The notes under the pieces were generated by a model. It was not told the origin of the DNA. It did no database searches and saw nothing but the letters and a program-made list of their open reading frames with translations. A stretch of DNA of 41,598 nucleotides from a virus. Position numbers and translations under genes: made by a program. Shown here in pieces: positions 1 through 9,348 of this stretch. Positions within the stretch are counted from its first letter, which is position 1. Every line of letters starts with the position of its first letter. The stretch covers positions 1-41,598 of IMG/VR virus record IMGVR_UViG_3300000948_000002; one strand, written 5' to 3'.

Positions 1-100
1 TCCATTATTCTTGATATAAAACTAACATTCGAAGGTACCGCAGCTTGGTTAATTACAACATTTCTATTTACTGTAGTACCACCGCCTTCACCATTGCCAG
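1..100. repeat. Terminal direct repeat, copy 1 (identical to 41499..41598)
   Basis: Base-by-base comparison shows 100/100 identity with the last 100 nt of the window. Confidence 0.95.
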
Positions 101-197
101 CTAGGCAGTCTATATATTCTTTTAGTCGCCAAAAATTATATTGAACCTCTGGGTCTGAAATCTCTTTTAATAATAGATTTAAGCGACGAGTAGCCAA
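1..197 (-). CDS. 5' portion of a wrap-around CDS that continues as 41180..41503; hypothetical virion protein (171 aa if TTG 197 is the start)
   Basis: The minus-strand frame from TTG 197..195 to ATG 5..3 (= 41503..41501) is 64 codons with no stop (LATRRLNLLLKEISDPEVQYNFWRLKEYIDCLAGNGEGGGTTVNRNVVINQAAVPSNVSFISRI-MDCGAT). A GGGGGG run lies 9 nt upstream of the TTG. Confidence 0.45.
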   Translation of the reverse strand, partial: MATRRLNLLLKEISDPEVQYNFWRLKEYIDCLAGNGEGGGTTVNRNVVINQAAVPSNVSFISRIM

Positions 198-2447
198 TTA
201 GCTATACCCCCCGGACGTACTAAAAGGTTGATGACTCTTAGACAACATCATGTAATGAATTACATAACCGTTTAGTAGAATCACCTCATTTTTTGGTATA
301 CCAAAAATTTTAAAAGCTAGCTCGCCCGACGACGGGCCTAAGTTTGAAGAATCTTCATAAACCACTGTATTTAAAGTCTGAGATGTGATTAGAAACCTTC
401 GTTGAAAACCATCACTCGCAAAAGATATGAAAAAGTCTTCCATATCGGGTAAAAATTGTGGAGCTGTTATTAGCGTTGCTGTCTTTTGTATTGTGTCTAC
501 ATCGACATTGCCAAGTGTTTCGGATGATATGATTTCAACCACCGCATTAGTGATTTGTATTTGTTTGTACTGACACCTTAAACCACCTGCCGGAAAACGT
601 CTCCATTCCTCAACAATACCCTTAAAGTCCCAACGTGGTTCAGGTGCGCCCCAAACAGGTACAGTATCACCCCAAATAATATTGTTTGTTCTTCTTATAG
701 GTACAAGTGATCCAACTACACGGTCATTGTCATTGGATGAATTTATTTGTATAGAAACATTTGAGTCATTAGACGCACTAACTAAAATACGTGGTACAAA
801 CTTTCTAACAAACTTCGTGCCAAAATCATAAAATGTTGACCTATAGTCATAGATAATCGCAGCGGTCGCCCAGTCTTCTGGCAACCTATTATTGTCAATT
901 TTTGGGTCTGATAACAACCCTCGACGATGGTTAAACACATAACCATTTATATCCGACCGATAAAAAACGTCCACGTTGTCATCGAACACAATTGAGCTAG
1001 GATTGAAATTATCGCCGCCTGACATTGTAGTAAAAACTGACTGTTCGCTTATACCCCATTTTAAATCGAGTATAATACACATGTTCGGCTCGTCGCTGTC
1101 CTCGTCGTTTACAGACCAGTAAACCCTCTCATTTGACGGGTCATAGGCACCATATATATTGCAAGCCTTACCGGCTGTCGATACAAATTGCTTATACGTC
1201 TCGTTATAGTTGTCAGATATTTTAGTTACCTTAAAACCATCAGACCAGTAGAAACCTATCTCACCTGCCCAAAATACGCCTTTGTGCGTCCTAACTATCG
1301 AAGAGTTACTTACACAACCTGCACGGTCATCAATACGGCGCAAGTCCATATTACCACCGCCAAACGAATCTATTTGGTTATCAATTCGATAAATATAACG
1401 GTCACAGAAAACCAACGGCCTATCATAAATACTAGATAAACCCCTTATCTCTTGTTCTGTATGAGCGAAAAACGATCTAGGCACAGAATCTACATCGCCC
1501 GGTACACTCTGTCTGACAACGTATCTGTCGTCTTCAGTACCTTCACGTACATTGGCGTAATACCCAATGTCGTTGACAACATGTACAAACTTAGAAGTTG
1601 GTGCAGGGTCATTATCCGCAGCGCCACCTGCTGTATATATCGGCTCATTGTTGACTAGCTCTGAGTCGATAACTTGGTCTACGTATGTCGGTGTACCAAA
1701 TGGCACAGTGTCTACTAAGAAAAAATCCTGCCCATTACCTATTGTCCGATAAATCTCAACATTAAATTGAGTGACGTCAAAGTTGGCATTGTCTGCTAGT
1801 TCTGTTGGCAGGTTTATAATGACGCCTGCTGTGTTAGCGTCCTCTAAGCCAGCATTGACCGGCTCTGGAAAAATAAATGTTTCTCCACGATCTAAGAATG
1901 TAGAGTCACCTACTCGGTAAGTATAAGAGAAAACAAATTGATATAAAAAATCCGTGTCATGACCGGAGCCATTCGGATTAAAGGAAGCACCTTCGGGAAA
2001 CGTCGGCAAGCCAGCATTTCGAATCTGAATATTACCAGATTCATTCTTGTACATTTTCATCACGCCAGAGAACTGGTCATGGGTTAGTAAAACATGGTCA
2101 CGCCACTCTGTGTGACTAACTTTAATGTTTTCATCGCCACTCGGGAAGACTGCCCCCACACCGTCAGGGCCTAAAATCTCTGTCCATACACCGCCAAGTT
2201 CATAAAAGGCTCTATTACCAGACATAACAATTAAAGTGTCCTCAAGGAAAAACATTGTATGTATACGCTGTATTCCAGTAGGTAATGGAGAATTTAAAAA
2301 AAGCTCTGAGCCATTTCTAGTCACAAGCTTCCTGTTTGGATCTATAAATAAATTATCGGCCATTTGATACTGGTTCGCCCGGCCATCTATGAAATAGTCG
2401 GTGACGCCGCCAGTAAAATCAATAACCTCTAATGGTCTAGTAGTCAC
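198..2447 (-). CDS. Putative tail tubular protein B / nozzle-like tail protein (749 aa)
   Basis: The size is close to T7 gp12. The N-terminal pattern FTGGVTDY..NQYQMADNLFIDPNRKLVTRNG resembles the gp12 N-terminus as I recall it (GG-I-S-Q..Q..N....L.KRP). It lies in the late arm and no tube, sheath or tape measure genes are present. Confidence 0.45.
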   Translation of the reverse strand: MTTRPLEVIDFTGGVTDYFIDGRANQYQMADNLFIDPNRKLVTRNGSELFLNSPLPTGIQRIHTMFFLEDTLIVMSGNRAFYELGGVWTEILGPDGVGAVFPSGDENIKVSHTEWRDHVLLTHDQFSGVMKMYKNESGNIQIRNAGLPTFPEGASFNPNGSGHDTDFLYQFVFSYTYRVGDSTFLDRGETFIFPEPVNAGLEDANTAGVIINLPTELADNANFDVTQFNVEIYRTIGNGQDFFLVDTVPFGTPTYVDQVIDSELVNNEPIYTAGGAADNDPAPTSKFVHVVNDIGYYANVREGTEDDRYVVRQSVPGDVDSVPRSFFAHTEQEIRGLSSIYDRPLVFCDRYIYRIDNQIDSFGGGNMDLRRIDDRAGCVSNSSIVRTHKGVFWAGEIGFYWSDGFKVTKISDNYNETYKQFVSTAGKACNIYGAYDPSNERVYWSVNDEDSDEPNMCIILDLKWGISEQSVFTTMSGGDNFNPSSIVFDDNVDVFYRSDINGYVFNHRRGLLSDPKIDNNRLPEDWATAAIIYDYRSTFYDFGTKFVRKFVPRILVSASNDSNVSIQINSSNDNDRVVGSLVPIRRTNNIIWGDTVPVWGAPEPRWDFKGIVEEWRRFPAGGLRCQYKQIQITNAVVEIISSETLGNVDVDTIQKTATLITAPQFLPDMEDFFISFASDGFQRRFLITSQTLNTVVYEDSSNLGPSSGELAFKIFGIPKNEVILLNGYVIHYMMLSKSHQPFSTSGGYS

Positions 2448-2818
2448 CCTAGCAGTACCTCATAATCTTTTGCCGTGTTCGTAAATACATTATAAGAAGC
2501 GGACGAAACTCGCTCAAAATCTAAAAATACTTGCTGTTTCGTCACTGCGTCTCTGAAATACAGAGAGCGTTCATCTAAATTAATTGTGGAGTTAGTTGTC
2601 AGAACCGCAGTGAACCCTGCCGGGTCAGCAACAAAATCCGCAGCCGCTAAAGTCACAACCACCGGGACTATTGCCGTAGATGGTATGTTTGAAGAATTAG
2701 CGCCGTCATGATTATGGTCGTTAACACGTTGGATGTTCGCCTCTAAATCGTCGAACCACGTGTTTCCAAAATCACCGTCCTCTGGAAGTATAAAACCGTT
2801 ACTTAAAGTTCTAGCCAT
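2444..2818 (-). CDS. Hypothetical tail-associated protein (124 aa) with an HxH motif
   Basis: The ORF overlaps the nozzle gene by ATGA. The motif LEANIQRVNDHNHDG is of the kind seen near the N-termini of fibre or baseplate proteins. The function is not established. Confidence 0.3.
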   Translation of the reverse strand: MARTLSNGFILPEDGDFGNTWFDDLEANIQRVNDHNHDGANSSNIPSTAIVPVVVTLAAADFVADPAGFTAVLTTNSTINLDERSLYFRDAVTKQQVFLDFERVSSASYNVFTNTAKDYEVLLG

Positions 2819-2821
2819 TTT

Positions 2822-3253
2822 TTATGTCCTTTTATATCCTACAAGTTCGATGTGAGGTAAATCATGAAAAGATTGATCGCTGAACACATTGTTAGAATTC
2901 CAATCAATACCAAAACGTACTTTAATACCCTCAATTCCTGCAATCCCCTTTATTATTCCCATTAAGAAATAAAACTTTTTTATATTTTCATCTGTCGTAG
3001 CCCAACCCCCCGGATAGGGTACGATATCAACTGCGAGCACTTCACCCGGCTTATTATTTTTTGTATTGTGTTTGGACTTCGGCCAACGAAGTTTTGATCG
3101 CCCTTGCTCAAATGCTTTATTCTGAGCTTCCTTAGAACGCCACGCCTCGATAATAGAGAAGTCAATTACCTGAATCGCTAACTCTAAGACATGCCTTAGA
3201 TCAGGGTGCAATTGTTTTAGTTTCTCTTTAGATCGTTTTCCAAATGAATACAC
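2822..3253 (-). CDS. Endolysin, peptidase M15 (VanY-like / L-alanyl-D-glutamate peptidase type)
   Basis: Zinc-site motifs are present: SKH...AVD (SKHNTKNNKPGEVLAVDIVPY) and DLPHIE. The upstream AWRSKEAQNKAFEQGRSK segment is typical of M15. It is adjacent to holin and spanin candidates. Confidence 0.8.
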   Translation of the reverse strand: MYSFGKRSKEKLKQLHPDLRHVLELAIQVIDFSIIEAWRSKEAQNKAFEQGRSKLRWPKSKHNTKNNKPGEVLAVDIVPYPGGWATTDENIKKFYFLMGIIKGIAGIEGIKVRFGIDWNSNNVFSDQSFHDLPHIELVGYKRT

Positions 3254-3495
3254 TACTCACACCCTTCGTTTATGTTTAAAAGAAACTGAGCATAATAGTC
3301 CTTATCCATACAGATAAAACTAGAAACGTCCTCATTATCTTTAATTGGTATATGTTGGCTATCGCCGCTATCTAAAACTCTGAAAAGGGTTACGTCTTCA
3401 TAGTCTAAAAGCCAAACCTCACCGTCTATTTTCTTAGGTGTTTTTACAACATGCTGACAACCGAATAAGAATAACACTATTAAAATGTACTTCAT
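3253..3495 (-). CDS. Lipoprotein, putative o-spanin (80 aa)
   Basis: It has a signal peptide with the lipobox L-F-G-C (MKYILIVLFLFGC). It sits between a TM protein gene and the endolysin gene, which implies a Gram-negative host. Confidence 0.45.
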   Translation of the reverse strand: MKYILIVLFLFGCQHVVKTPKKIDGEVWLLDYEDVTLFRVLDSGDSQHIPIKDNEDVSSFICMDKDYYAQFLLNINEGCE

Positions 3496-3738
3496 TTATA
3501 CCTCTTTAGTGTCAGACTTTTTCTTAATGTACATACCTTTGTATTGTTTTTTAGTAGGCTTACCAGAGTCCTTAAAAGTTATCTCTTCTAACTCTTTTTG
3601 ATCTCTGGTTTTTTCAACCTTATCGGTCGCCTCTTTAACTTTTTCGTTATAAATACCAACGTAAGTTTTTTTAGTTACACTACTAACTAGCTTTAATATC
3701 TCGTATAAAGCAATAATAGCAGCCAGTAACTTACTCAC
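3496..3738 (-). CDS. Small N-terminally hydrophobic, charged coiled protein; putative i-spanin or lysis accessory protein
   Basis: The N-terminal hydrophobic segment LLAAIIALYEILKLV is followed by a K/E-rich region. The call also rests on its position in the lysis cassette. Confidence 0.35.
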   Translation of the reverse strand: MSKLLAAIIALYEILKLVSSVTKKTYVGIYNEKVKEATDKVEKTRDQKELEEITFKDSGKPTKKQYKGMYIKKKSDTKEV

Positions 3739-4021
3739 TTACTACCTCTTCGCTTGAATCAGCAGCGCTAACTTCAGCAGCTTTTTTTAACGCTTCAGCA
3801 GTATCTTGCCTCTCTTTAGCGTCCTCTTCTAATTTCTTAGTTGTCGGATTTTTACCAAGAGTAGGGAGTGAACTTAAAAACTTTTGAAGACCAGTACTGA
3901 AGCCAGAAATATCACCTTCATACTTTTTTAAGAAAGGAAGCCTTACAAGTGCCGTAGCTATTGGGACTAGGGCACCTAAGACCATTAAACCATATTGAAA
4001 ATATTGTACTACTTTGTCCAC
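3731..4021 (-). CDS. Putative holin (96 aa)
   Basis: It has a TM segment GLMVLGALVPIATALV and a highly charged C-terminus. It is the first gene of the lysis cluster. Confidence 0.4.
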   Translation of the reverse strand: MDKVVQYFQYGLMVLGALVPIATALVRLPFLKKYEGDISGFSTGLQKFLSSLPTLGKNPTTKKLEEDAKERQDTAEALKKAAEVSAADSSEEVVSE

Positions 4022-4035
4022 GGGTGTACTCCTAA

Positions 4036-4236
4036 TTATAATGATTTGTCTTTTAGGACAACTTTGTTACCAGTAACTTCCATTACAGTAAAACCAAATC
4101 CTTCTAGTTTTACTTCGTCACCTGCTTTGAAGACTTGACAGCAAGTTTTAACTTCTTTTTTGGCTGGTGCCTTCGGTGCCGCTGGTGCTTTTACTTTTGT
4201 TTCGGTCTTTTTCTCTACTGTTTTAGTCTTTTTCAT
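4036..4236 (-). CDS. Hypothetical small Lys-rich protein (66 aa)
   Basis: The ORF has a K/A/P-rich N-terminus and a beta-like C-terminus. It fits tightly between the fibre and holin genes. Confidence 0.45.
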   Translation of the reverse strand: MKKTKTVEKKTETKVKAPAAPKAPAKKEVKTCCQVFKAGDEVKLEGFGFTVMEVTGNKVVLKDKSL

Positions 4237-4283
4237 TTAAACTCCCTTTATTAATGAATTAATCCTACTTATATTATACCAAA

Positions 4284-7200
4284 TTATGATTGCCCTATCG
4301 CTATCCAATCCACTGCTACTGCATTCGATGCTATTGTAAATCCTTCTCCTGTCTTAGTCACAGCCGTAGAAGGCGTTGTGATAACTACATAATCAGCATT
4401 TGCATAAAGCGCAGCGAAAACCACCTCTGTGTCTCCAACAGCAATAGTACCGCTCTGTATTACGTTACCCAAACCACCTGAAAGCAATGGAGTACCTGCC
4501 GGTACAACAACCTCAGCCGGTGGTAAAACTGCTACTGGCGGCGCATCGTTTGTAACTAGAGTAGCCTGAAAACCCCCATATATATCGGTTGTATTGCCTG
4601 TCACCGACGATGGGTACAAGTCGTTTATACCAGTACCAAAAGTGTCATTGTGGTTATTAAAAGATAGGGTCGCTGTTATTACTTCATTCTCTTCTAAATG
4701 GTACATCCTAGACATGTTGTATGTATGAAAATGCGAGCCAAAGCCGGCAAAGCCACCGTTCACTACATAATCAAATTCTACACCGTCCCTTTTTAAAGAT
4801 ATCGCAGCTCCGGCAGGAAAACCACCGCCAGTTATCGTCAGCTTGTTAAGTAAGAAGTAAGTACCCGATGCCGGCACAGTAAATGAACCCATATCGTAAG
4901 CACCTTGAACATCTTCTAGCTCTGTAGCACCTTCTATAGTAAATGTCGCACTACTCGTTATAGTATCCGTTCTTGTGTCATATGCGTTTACATAAGTGTC
5001 AGAATTAGAAACTCGTATAATCGACACGGCACTGCCGTTAATGACACTCAAACCATTAGTTTGAGCTAGAATATCTACACTCTCACCAATAGCTAGTCTA
5101 ATTAAATTCTGTCCATTAAAAGCCGCACCACTCACCCCATCTAATCCGGGGTGCGTTGTACCTGTTTTAAGGGTCGGTTCGACATTATGGTAAAGCTCAC
5201 TCGTCCCGTTTATTCTGTTCACTCTTAAATTTACCGCACTTCTCGAAGTCGTCGAACCAGAGCCTATTAGGTCTAGGTCAAACTTATATACACCGCCAAA
5301 CCTTGCTATAAAGCTCCCGTTAACAATACTTCCTTGAGTATCGAGCTGAACACCTTCAATACTTAATGGCTCACCTACTTCGACACTACCTGCGCCAACC
5401 GGAATACTTTGAATCCCAGTAAAGACCGCCTGAACTATCTCGGCCTCTGTTTCGGCACCTAAAAATACAACATCAAAATGCCCCATTGGAAGTTGATTTA
5501 TATCGAAAGGGTTCGAAGTCCCATTACTACCAACCGTGAAAGTAGTGTTAGGATTATCTGACGTCGAGGTATCAAACTGACTAACCTGAAAACGAACCGT
5601 GTCATTTTGCAGTAAACTTATAGGAGCACTGCCGTGAACGCCATAAATACCTTGTACACCCAAAGCCGCTGTTTCTCGCCTTACATGTATAGTCCGCTCA
5701 CTCGCTAAACCTTCGTTAATAATATACCGACTTACCAATCTTACATTTGTGTCTATTGTATCGTTACCGAATACAACAGAGGCATCAAAATAGTAAACTC
5801 CTGTTGCCGGTGCCGTGTAAGCCACGCCATCGAAATACTGCGAACCTGTAGTCGGTACACTATAAGAAATAGTAGTCATGGTATTTAAGCCAAGTACCTG
5901 TGATTGTAACGGCTTCGAACCGTGTACAAAACCGTCATTAGGGAATACCCCTATTTCTGGTACAAATGGCGGCGGAGTACTTGTATCTGAATTATCGGTA
6001 GTACCACCTGCGCCCGTGCCGGCTGCGCCACTTGTAGCACCTGATGCCACAAGCTCATCAATGGCCGCTTGAACGTCTTCAGCCGCTAGGCCGGAAGCAG
6101 TATTATCATAGCCTACATCCGTTGCATTCGTAGACTCGGCTGTTGTAGTAATCTCTGGTGCGTCATTGATTACCTTAACTAACTGTACATAACCCGGTAT
6201 CGTAGTTGTATTCCCTACCGTAGTAACAGGGCTTAAATTTACTGGGTCTCTAACTCCAAAATTGAAAGTTAGAACTTCACCTGCTAGAAAATATCTAACA
6301 CCTTCTATTGAGGCTGTTTGTGATTGGGAAGTCGATGTACTATCATTAGCTCCGCCTGCTGAGAAGTCTAATACTACGCCGTCTTTTCTTACATGTGTAA
6401 TAGCTGAAGACCGACCTAAGAATCCAACTTGTGCAACATAGGCGTATAGCCCGTCCTCTGGAATAGTAATACTAGTCCCGTCGTATGTAGCGTTTGGATC
6501 AGAAGTTTCTATAGAAGTAATTATCGGAGTTTCAGTATCTACAGTAACCGCCGAAGTTCGTGTGTCTCGTGCATTTACATAAGTACTACTATCAGAGATT
6601 CTTATAATTGATAAAGACGATCCGGCAGCAAGTACACCGGCACTAGTCGGTGAGGTTAATAGTTCACTATATATAAATGTCTCTACAGTTTCGCCTGCCT
6701 CTAATCCTATTAAAGTAGCGCCTTCACCCCCGTGAGCGAATGCCGAAGAGTTACCTTTTGAATTGTTAGCGTTGTTTAAATAGACTTCAACATCACCATT
6801 AGCTCTAGTTACTCTATAGTTAATAGCCGCATATTGTTGTCTGTTTAACGATCCGCCAGTAGTAACCATTGCCGCATCGAAAGCGTAAGTACCGCCTGTT
6901 ATTGCAGTGAATGTATTAGTGGCTTGGTTGTAACTACCAAGTGTATTTAATTGCTCAGTATCTAAAGGAGCTATTAAACCTAAACTAGTCCCTCCACTTC
7001 CTTGATTTAGTGTCACATTAGCAAGGTTAGAAACAACAACCGCCTCAGCAGAATCTATGTCGCCGTGTAAACTTGCTGAGAAAAAACCATAAGGCCCCGT
7101 GTCAAATACAGTACCGGTTCTAGGGGTGGTTGGAAAATCAAGAGCATCCGTGTCCGCCGTAGCTCCACTATGAAAAGCTCCCGTCGAGTATTGTGCTTGA

Positions 7201-8081
7201 TAAACTACAGTGTCTCCCTGTTGTAGAGAAATAGCAGTAGCGGATCTAGTAGTATATAATTGTGCGTTGAGTCCATGCTCAGTTTTTGAAACAACAGCAT
7301 GTCTAGTAGTCCCATTTACCAAAAATGACCCAAGTAATGAACTGTTAGCATTAAGCCCTCTGTTAGCAAAATTACAAGTGGCATTGAAATAATAAACACC
7401 TGTTACTGGCGCAGTATATACAGTCCCGTCGAAATCCGTAGCAGAGCCAAACGTAGCCGGTTCAAATGCTACAGTCGCCCAAGCATCTCGAGATATAGTT
7501 TGTCCTACCGCCGGCCTTGCTGAATATACGAACCCAGCTACACTCCCATCTGGAATTTCTGGGGCTGGTAAATTTATTGTTATTGTATCTGTACCACTTC
7601 CAGTCACTTCAAAATCATTAGATGATATATTGACCGCACCGCCTATCGCCGGTAGTTGAGACGCCGGTACTAAACCATCCGCACCCAATCCTGCGTAACC
7701 TTCCGGCTGCCCTTTTTCTGAAACATCTTGTTTACCTGTTAATGCCACCATGTTCGCCGCCGTAGCCGCAGCATTCGCCACAGTCGCAGTCGTCGCCGCT
7801 CCTGCACTCATAGCATTTGTTTCTATTGCATCTCTAACATTTTCGGCTGTGATATTACTTCCAACATTCTCAAAGGGAATGTCCTCTGCATTTGGTATCT
7901 CAGCTACATTTGTTTCGTTACCATCGGAGTCCAGCGCAATAAAATCACCGTCCGCATTTGGGTAAAGCCTTACCGACCCCGGTGCCGGATTTTCTGGTTT
8001 TGTAGGCTGTACAACAAACTCTTGAACATCGTTTTCTTGTACACCGTCACCAACTAATGATTTTGGAATTACACCACTCAT
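4284..8081 (-). CDS. Large tail fibre / receptor-binding protein (1265 aa) with six C1q/TNF-like domains and a gp53-like C-terminal domain
   Basis: The hallmark xFTAPxxGxYxF occurs six times (DGTVYTAPVTGVYYFNA, FTAITGGTYAFDA, SITIPEDGLYAYVA, DGVAYTAPATGVYYFDA, SFIARFGGVYKFDL, SFTVPASGTYFLLN). The fibre motif VxDAIE/VQAAIDEL occurs twice. The C-terminus reads GFTIASNAVAVDWIAIG. Confidence 0.7.
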   Translation of the reverse strand: MSGVIPKSLVGDGVQENDVQEFVVQPTKPENPAPGSVRLYPNADGDFIALDSDGNETNVAEIPNAEDIPFENVGSNITAENVRDAIETNAMSAGAATTATVANAAATAANMVALTGKQDVSEKGQPEGYAGLGADGLVPASQLPAIGGAVNISSNDFEVTGSGTDTITINLPAPEIPDGSVAGFVYSARPAVGQTISRDAWATVAFEPATFGSATDFDGTVYTAPVTGVYYFNATCNFANRGLNANSSLLGSFLVNGTTRHAVVSKTEHGLNAQLYTTRSATAISLQQGDTVVYQAQYSTGAFHSGATADTDALDFPTTPRTGTVFDTGPYGFFSASLHGDIDSAEAVVVSNLANVTLNQGSGGTSLGLIAPLDTEQLNTLGSYNQATNTFTAITGGTYAFDAAMVTTGGSLNRQQYAAINYRVTRANGDVEVYLNNANNSKGNSSAFAHGGEGATLIGLEAGETVETFIYSELLTSPTSAGVLAAGSSLSIIRISDSSTYVNARDTRTSAVTVDTETPIITSIETSDPNATYDGTSITIPEDGLYAYVAQVGFLGRSSAITHVRKDGVVLDFSAGGANDSTSTSQSQTASIEGVRYFLAGEVLTFNFGVRDPVNLSPVTTVGNTTTIPGYVQLVKVINDAPEITTTAESTNATDVGYDNTASGLAAEDVQAAIDELVASGATSGAAGTGAGGTTDNSDTSTPPPFVPEIGVFPNDGFVHGSKPLQSQVLGLNTMTTISYSVPTTGSQYFDGVAYTAPATGVYYFDASVVFGNDTIDTNVRLVSRYIINEGLASERTIHVRRETAALGVQGIYGVHGSAPISLLQNDTVRFQVSQFDTSTSDNPNTTFTVGSNGTSNPFDINQLPMGHFDVVFLGAETEAEIVQAVFTGIQSIPVGAGSVEVGEPLSIEGVQLDTQGSIVNGSFIARFGGVYKFDLDLIGSGSTTSRSAVNLRVNRINGTSELYHNVEPTLKTGTTHPGLDGVSGAAFNGQNLIRLAIGESVDILAQTNGLSVINGSAVSIIRVSNSDTYVNAYDTRTDTITSSATFTIEGATELEDVQGAYDMGSFTVPASGTYFLLNKLTITGGGFPAGAAISLKRDGVEFDYVVNGGFAGFGSHFHTYNMSRMYHLEENEVITATLSFNNHNDTFGTGINDLYPSSVTGNTTDIYGGFQATLVTNDAPPVAVLPPAEVVVPAGTPLLSGGLGNVIQSGTIAVGDTEVVFAALYANADYVVITTPSTAVTKTGEGFTIASNAVAVDWIAIGQS

Positions 8082-8094
8082 ATATTATCCTTTA

Positions 8095-9303
8095 TTAATC
8101 GTCCCAACCCAAAATTGGTATAGGGTTTGTTGATAAATTTAATGTATCAGAGGTAAGCATACCGCCATTCGCAGAGTTATTCCCTACCTGAATTCCCGTA
8201 AGTCCTCTCACTCTAAAAATCGAACCCGACTGATACAAAGCAAAAGACCTAGTATTAGTTACTACAAACGTGAACCCCACAAAACCACCTGAAGGTTGAG
8301 CGTCTACATCGTGAAAAAGAACTACGCCTGCGTCATATAATAATGTTGAACTAGGATTAACTTGTTGTTTAGCGGAGTCTATAGATAAACCAACCGGTAA
8401 CAAGCTTGTCGAAAAAGATACATTTGACGTACTAGAATTATTCCAGACTTGCCTAACCCTGAACCTTGCCGAGTCGCCTATTCTTTTAAAGTATGCCTCT
8501 GTTTGCGAAACACCTTGGTCAAAGCTTCCGGTAAATGTGTAAGGTATCCAATTTGATGGTACTCTACGTGAAAGTATCACCCACTCTGTACCTGTATTTA
8601 AAAGTTCTAATGTCTCGCCCTGTGTACTTAGTTGACCAGAAAAACCACCGACCAAAGTAACCGGATTAATCGAAATATCTATTTTGTTTATTACAAGTCG
8701 CTGCCCAACAAAAGTCGAAGCCGCACTTGGTATCGTTAATGAAAATGTGCCTGATGAGGAATCCACTCTTATATAAGAGCTTGTCGGGTCTGTTATTGTT
8801 TGTGCCGAAGTCAATGTTGTAGGCGTTACTGTTAACCCAACAGCACTGTCTGCTAATTTTTCTCTAGTTACGGCACCGTCCTGAATCTTAACAGTTGATA
8901 CCGAATTGTCACCCGGCTCGCCAATATTAAGCGCTGCGCCTCGGTATATGACAATGTTATCTGTACCCGTCGGCGGCACAGTTGAAAATGTTATTACATT
9001 AGAGGCTAGTGCGTATCGAGTAGGGTCAAAAAAAACTCCACTAACAAAAACTTGTAATGAAGTTTCAGCAGGTGGTTGACCGCCAAGAGTAAACGCTACA
9101 GTAGTACCGTCGCCTGAAAAAATATCCACAGCGCCCATATCACCCGAACCACTGCCAAGCGGAGTCCAAACCCCATCAAGAAAAATACGAGCCTGATTAA
9201 AAGTGGTATTAGTATAAACCCTACTTTCGTAACTATCGGCGGCAAGTGGGTCTTCGGCAAGTCTCTCAAGCTGTGCGCCCTTTAATTCACTATTAACTAA
9301 CAT
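8095..9303 (-). CDS. Tail fibre / tail spike-like protein (about 402 aa)
   Basis: The N-terminal motif FSGDGTTVAFTLGG...LQVFVSGVFFDPTRYALASNVITFSTVPPTGTDNIVIY is common in podovirus fibre and adaptor proteins. The track start at 9306 is TTG. ATG 9303 has AGAAAGG 6 nt upstream. Confidence 0.55.
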   Translation of the reverse strand: MLVNSELKGAQLERLAEDPLAADSYESRVYTNTTFNQARIFLDGVWTPLGSGSGDMGAVDIFSGDGTTVAFTLGGQPPAETSLQVFVSGVFFDPTRYALASNVITFSTVPPTGTDNIVIYRGAALNIGEPGDNSVSTVKIQDGAVTREKLADSAVGLTVTPTTLTSAQTITDPTSSYIRVDSSSGTFSLTIPSAASTFVGQRLVINKIDISINPVTLVGGFSGQLSTQGETLELLNTGTEWVILSRRVPSNWIPYTFTGSFDQGVSQTEAYFKRIGDSARFRVRQVWNNSSTSNVSFSTSLLPVGLSIDSAKQQVNPSSTLLYDAGVVLFHDVDAQPSGGFVGFTFVVTNTRSFALYQSGSIFRVRGLTGIQVGNNSANGGMLTSDTLNLSTNPIPILGWDD

Positions 9304-9316
9304 CAATAACCTTTCT

Positions 9317-9348
9317 AAAAAATCGGGGTAACTCGAAAGCTACCCCGA
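9317..9348 (-). terminator. Rho-independent terminator downstream of the capsid gene
   Basis: On the minus strand the sequence reads TCGGGGTA-gctttcgagt-TACCCCGA followed by TTTTTT. This is an 8-bp GC-rich stem plus a U-tract. Confidence 0.7.

Noticed and set aside
1-100. Prophage or att-site interpretation of the terminal repeat
   Set aside because: There are no integrase, excisionase, repressor or flanking bacterial genes. The repeat is internal to a phage coding frame, and the gene map closes into a coherent circle.
4284-8081. A diversity-generating retroelement targeting the fibre C-terminal or C1q-like domains
   Set aside because: No reverse-transcriptase ORF (no YxDD-type motif) occurs anywhere in the genome, and I found no template-repeat copy of a fibre segment in non-coding DNA.
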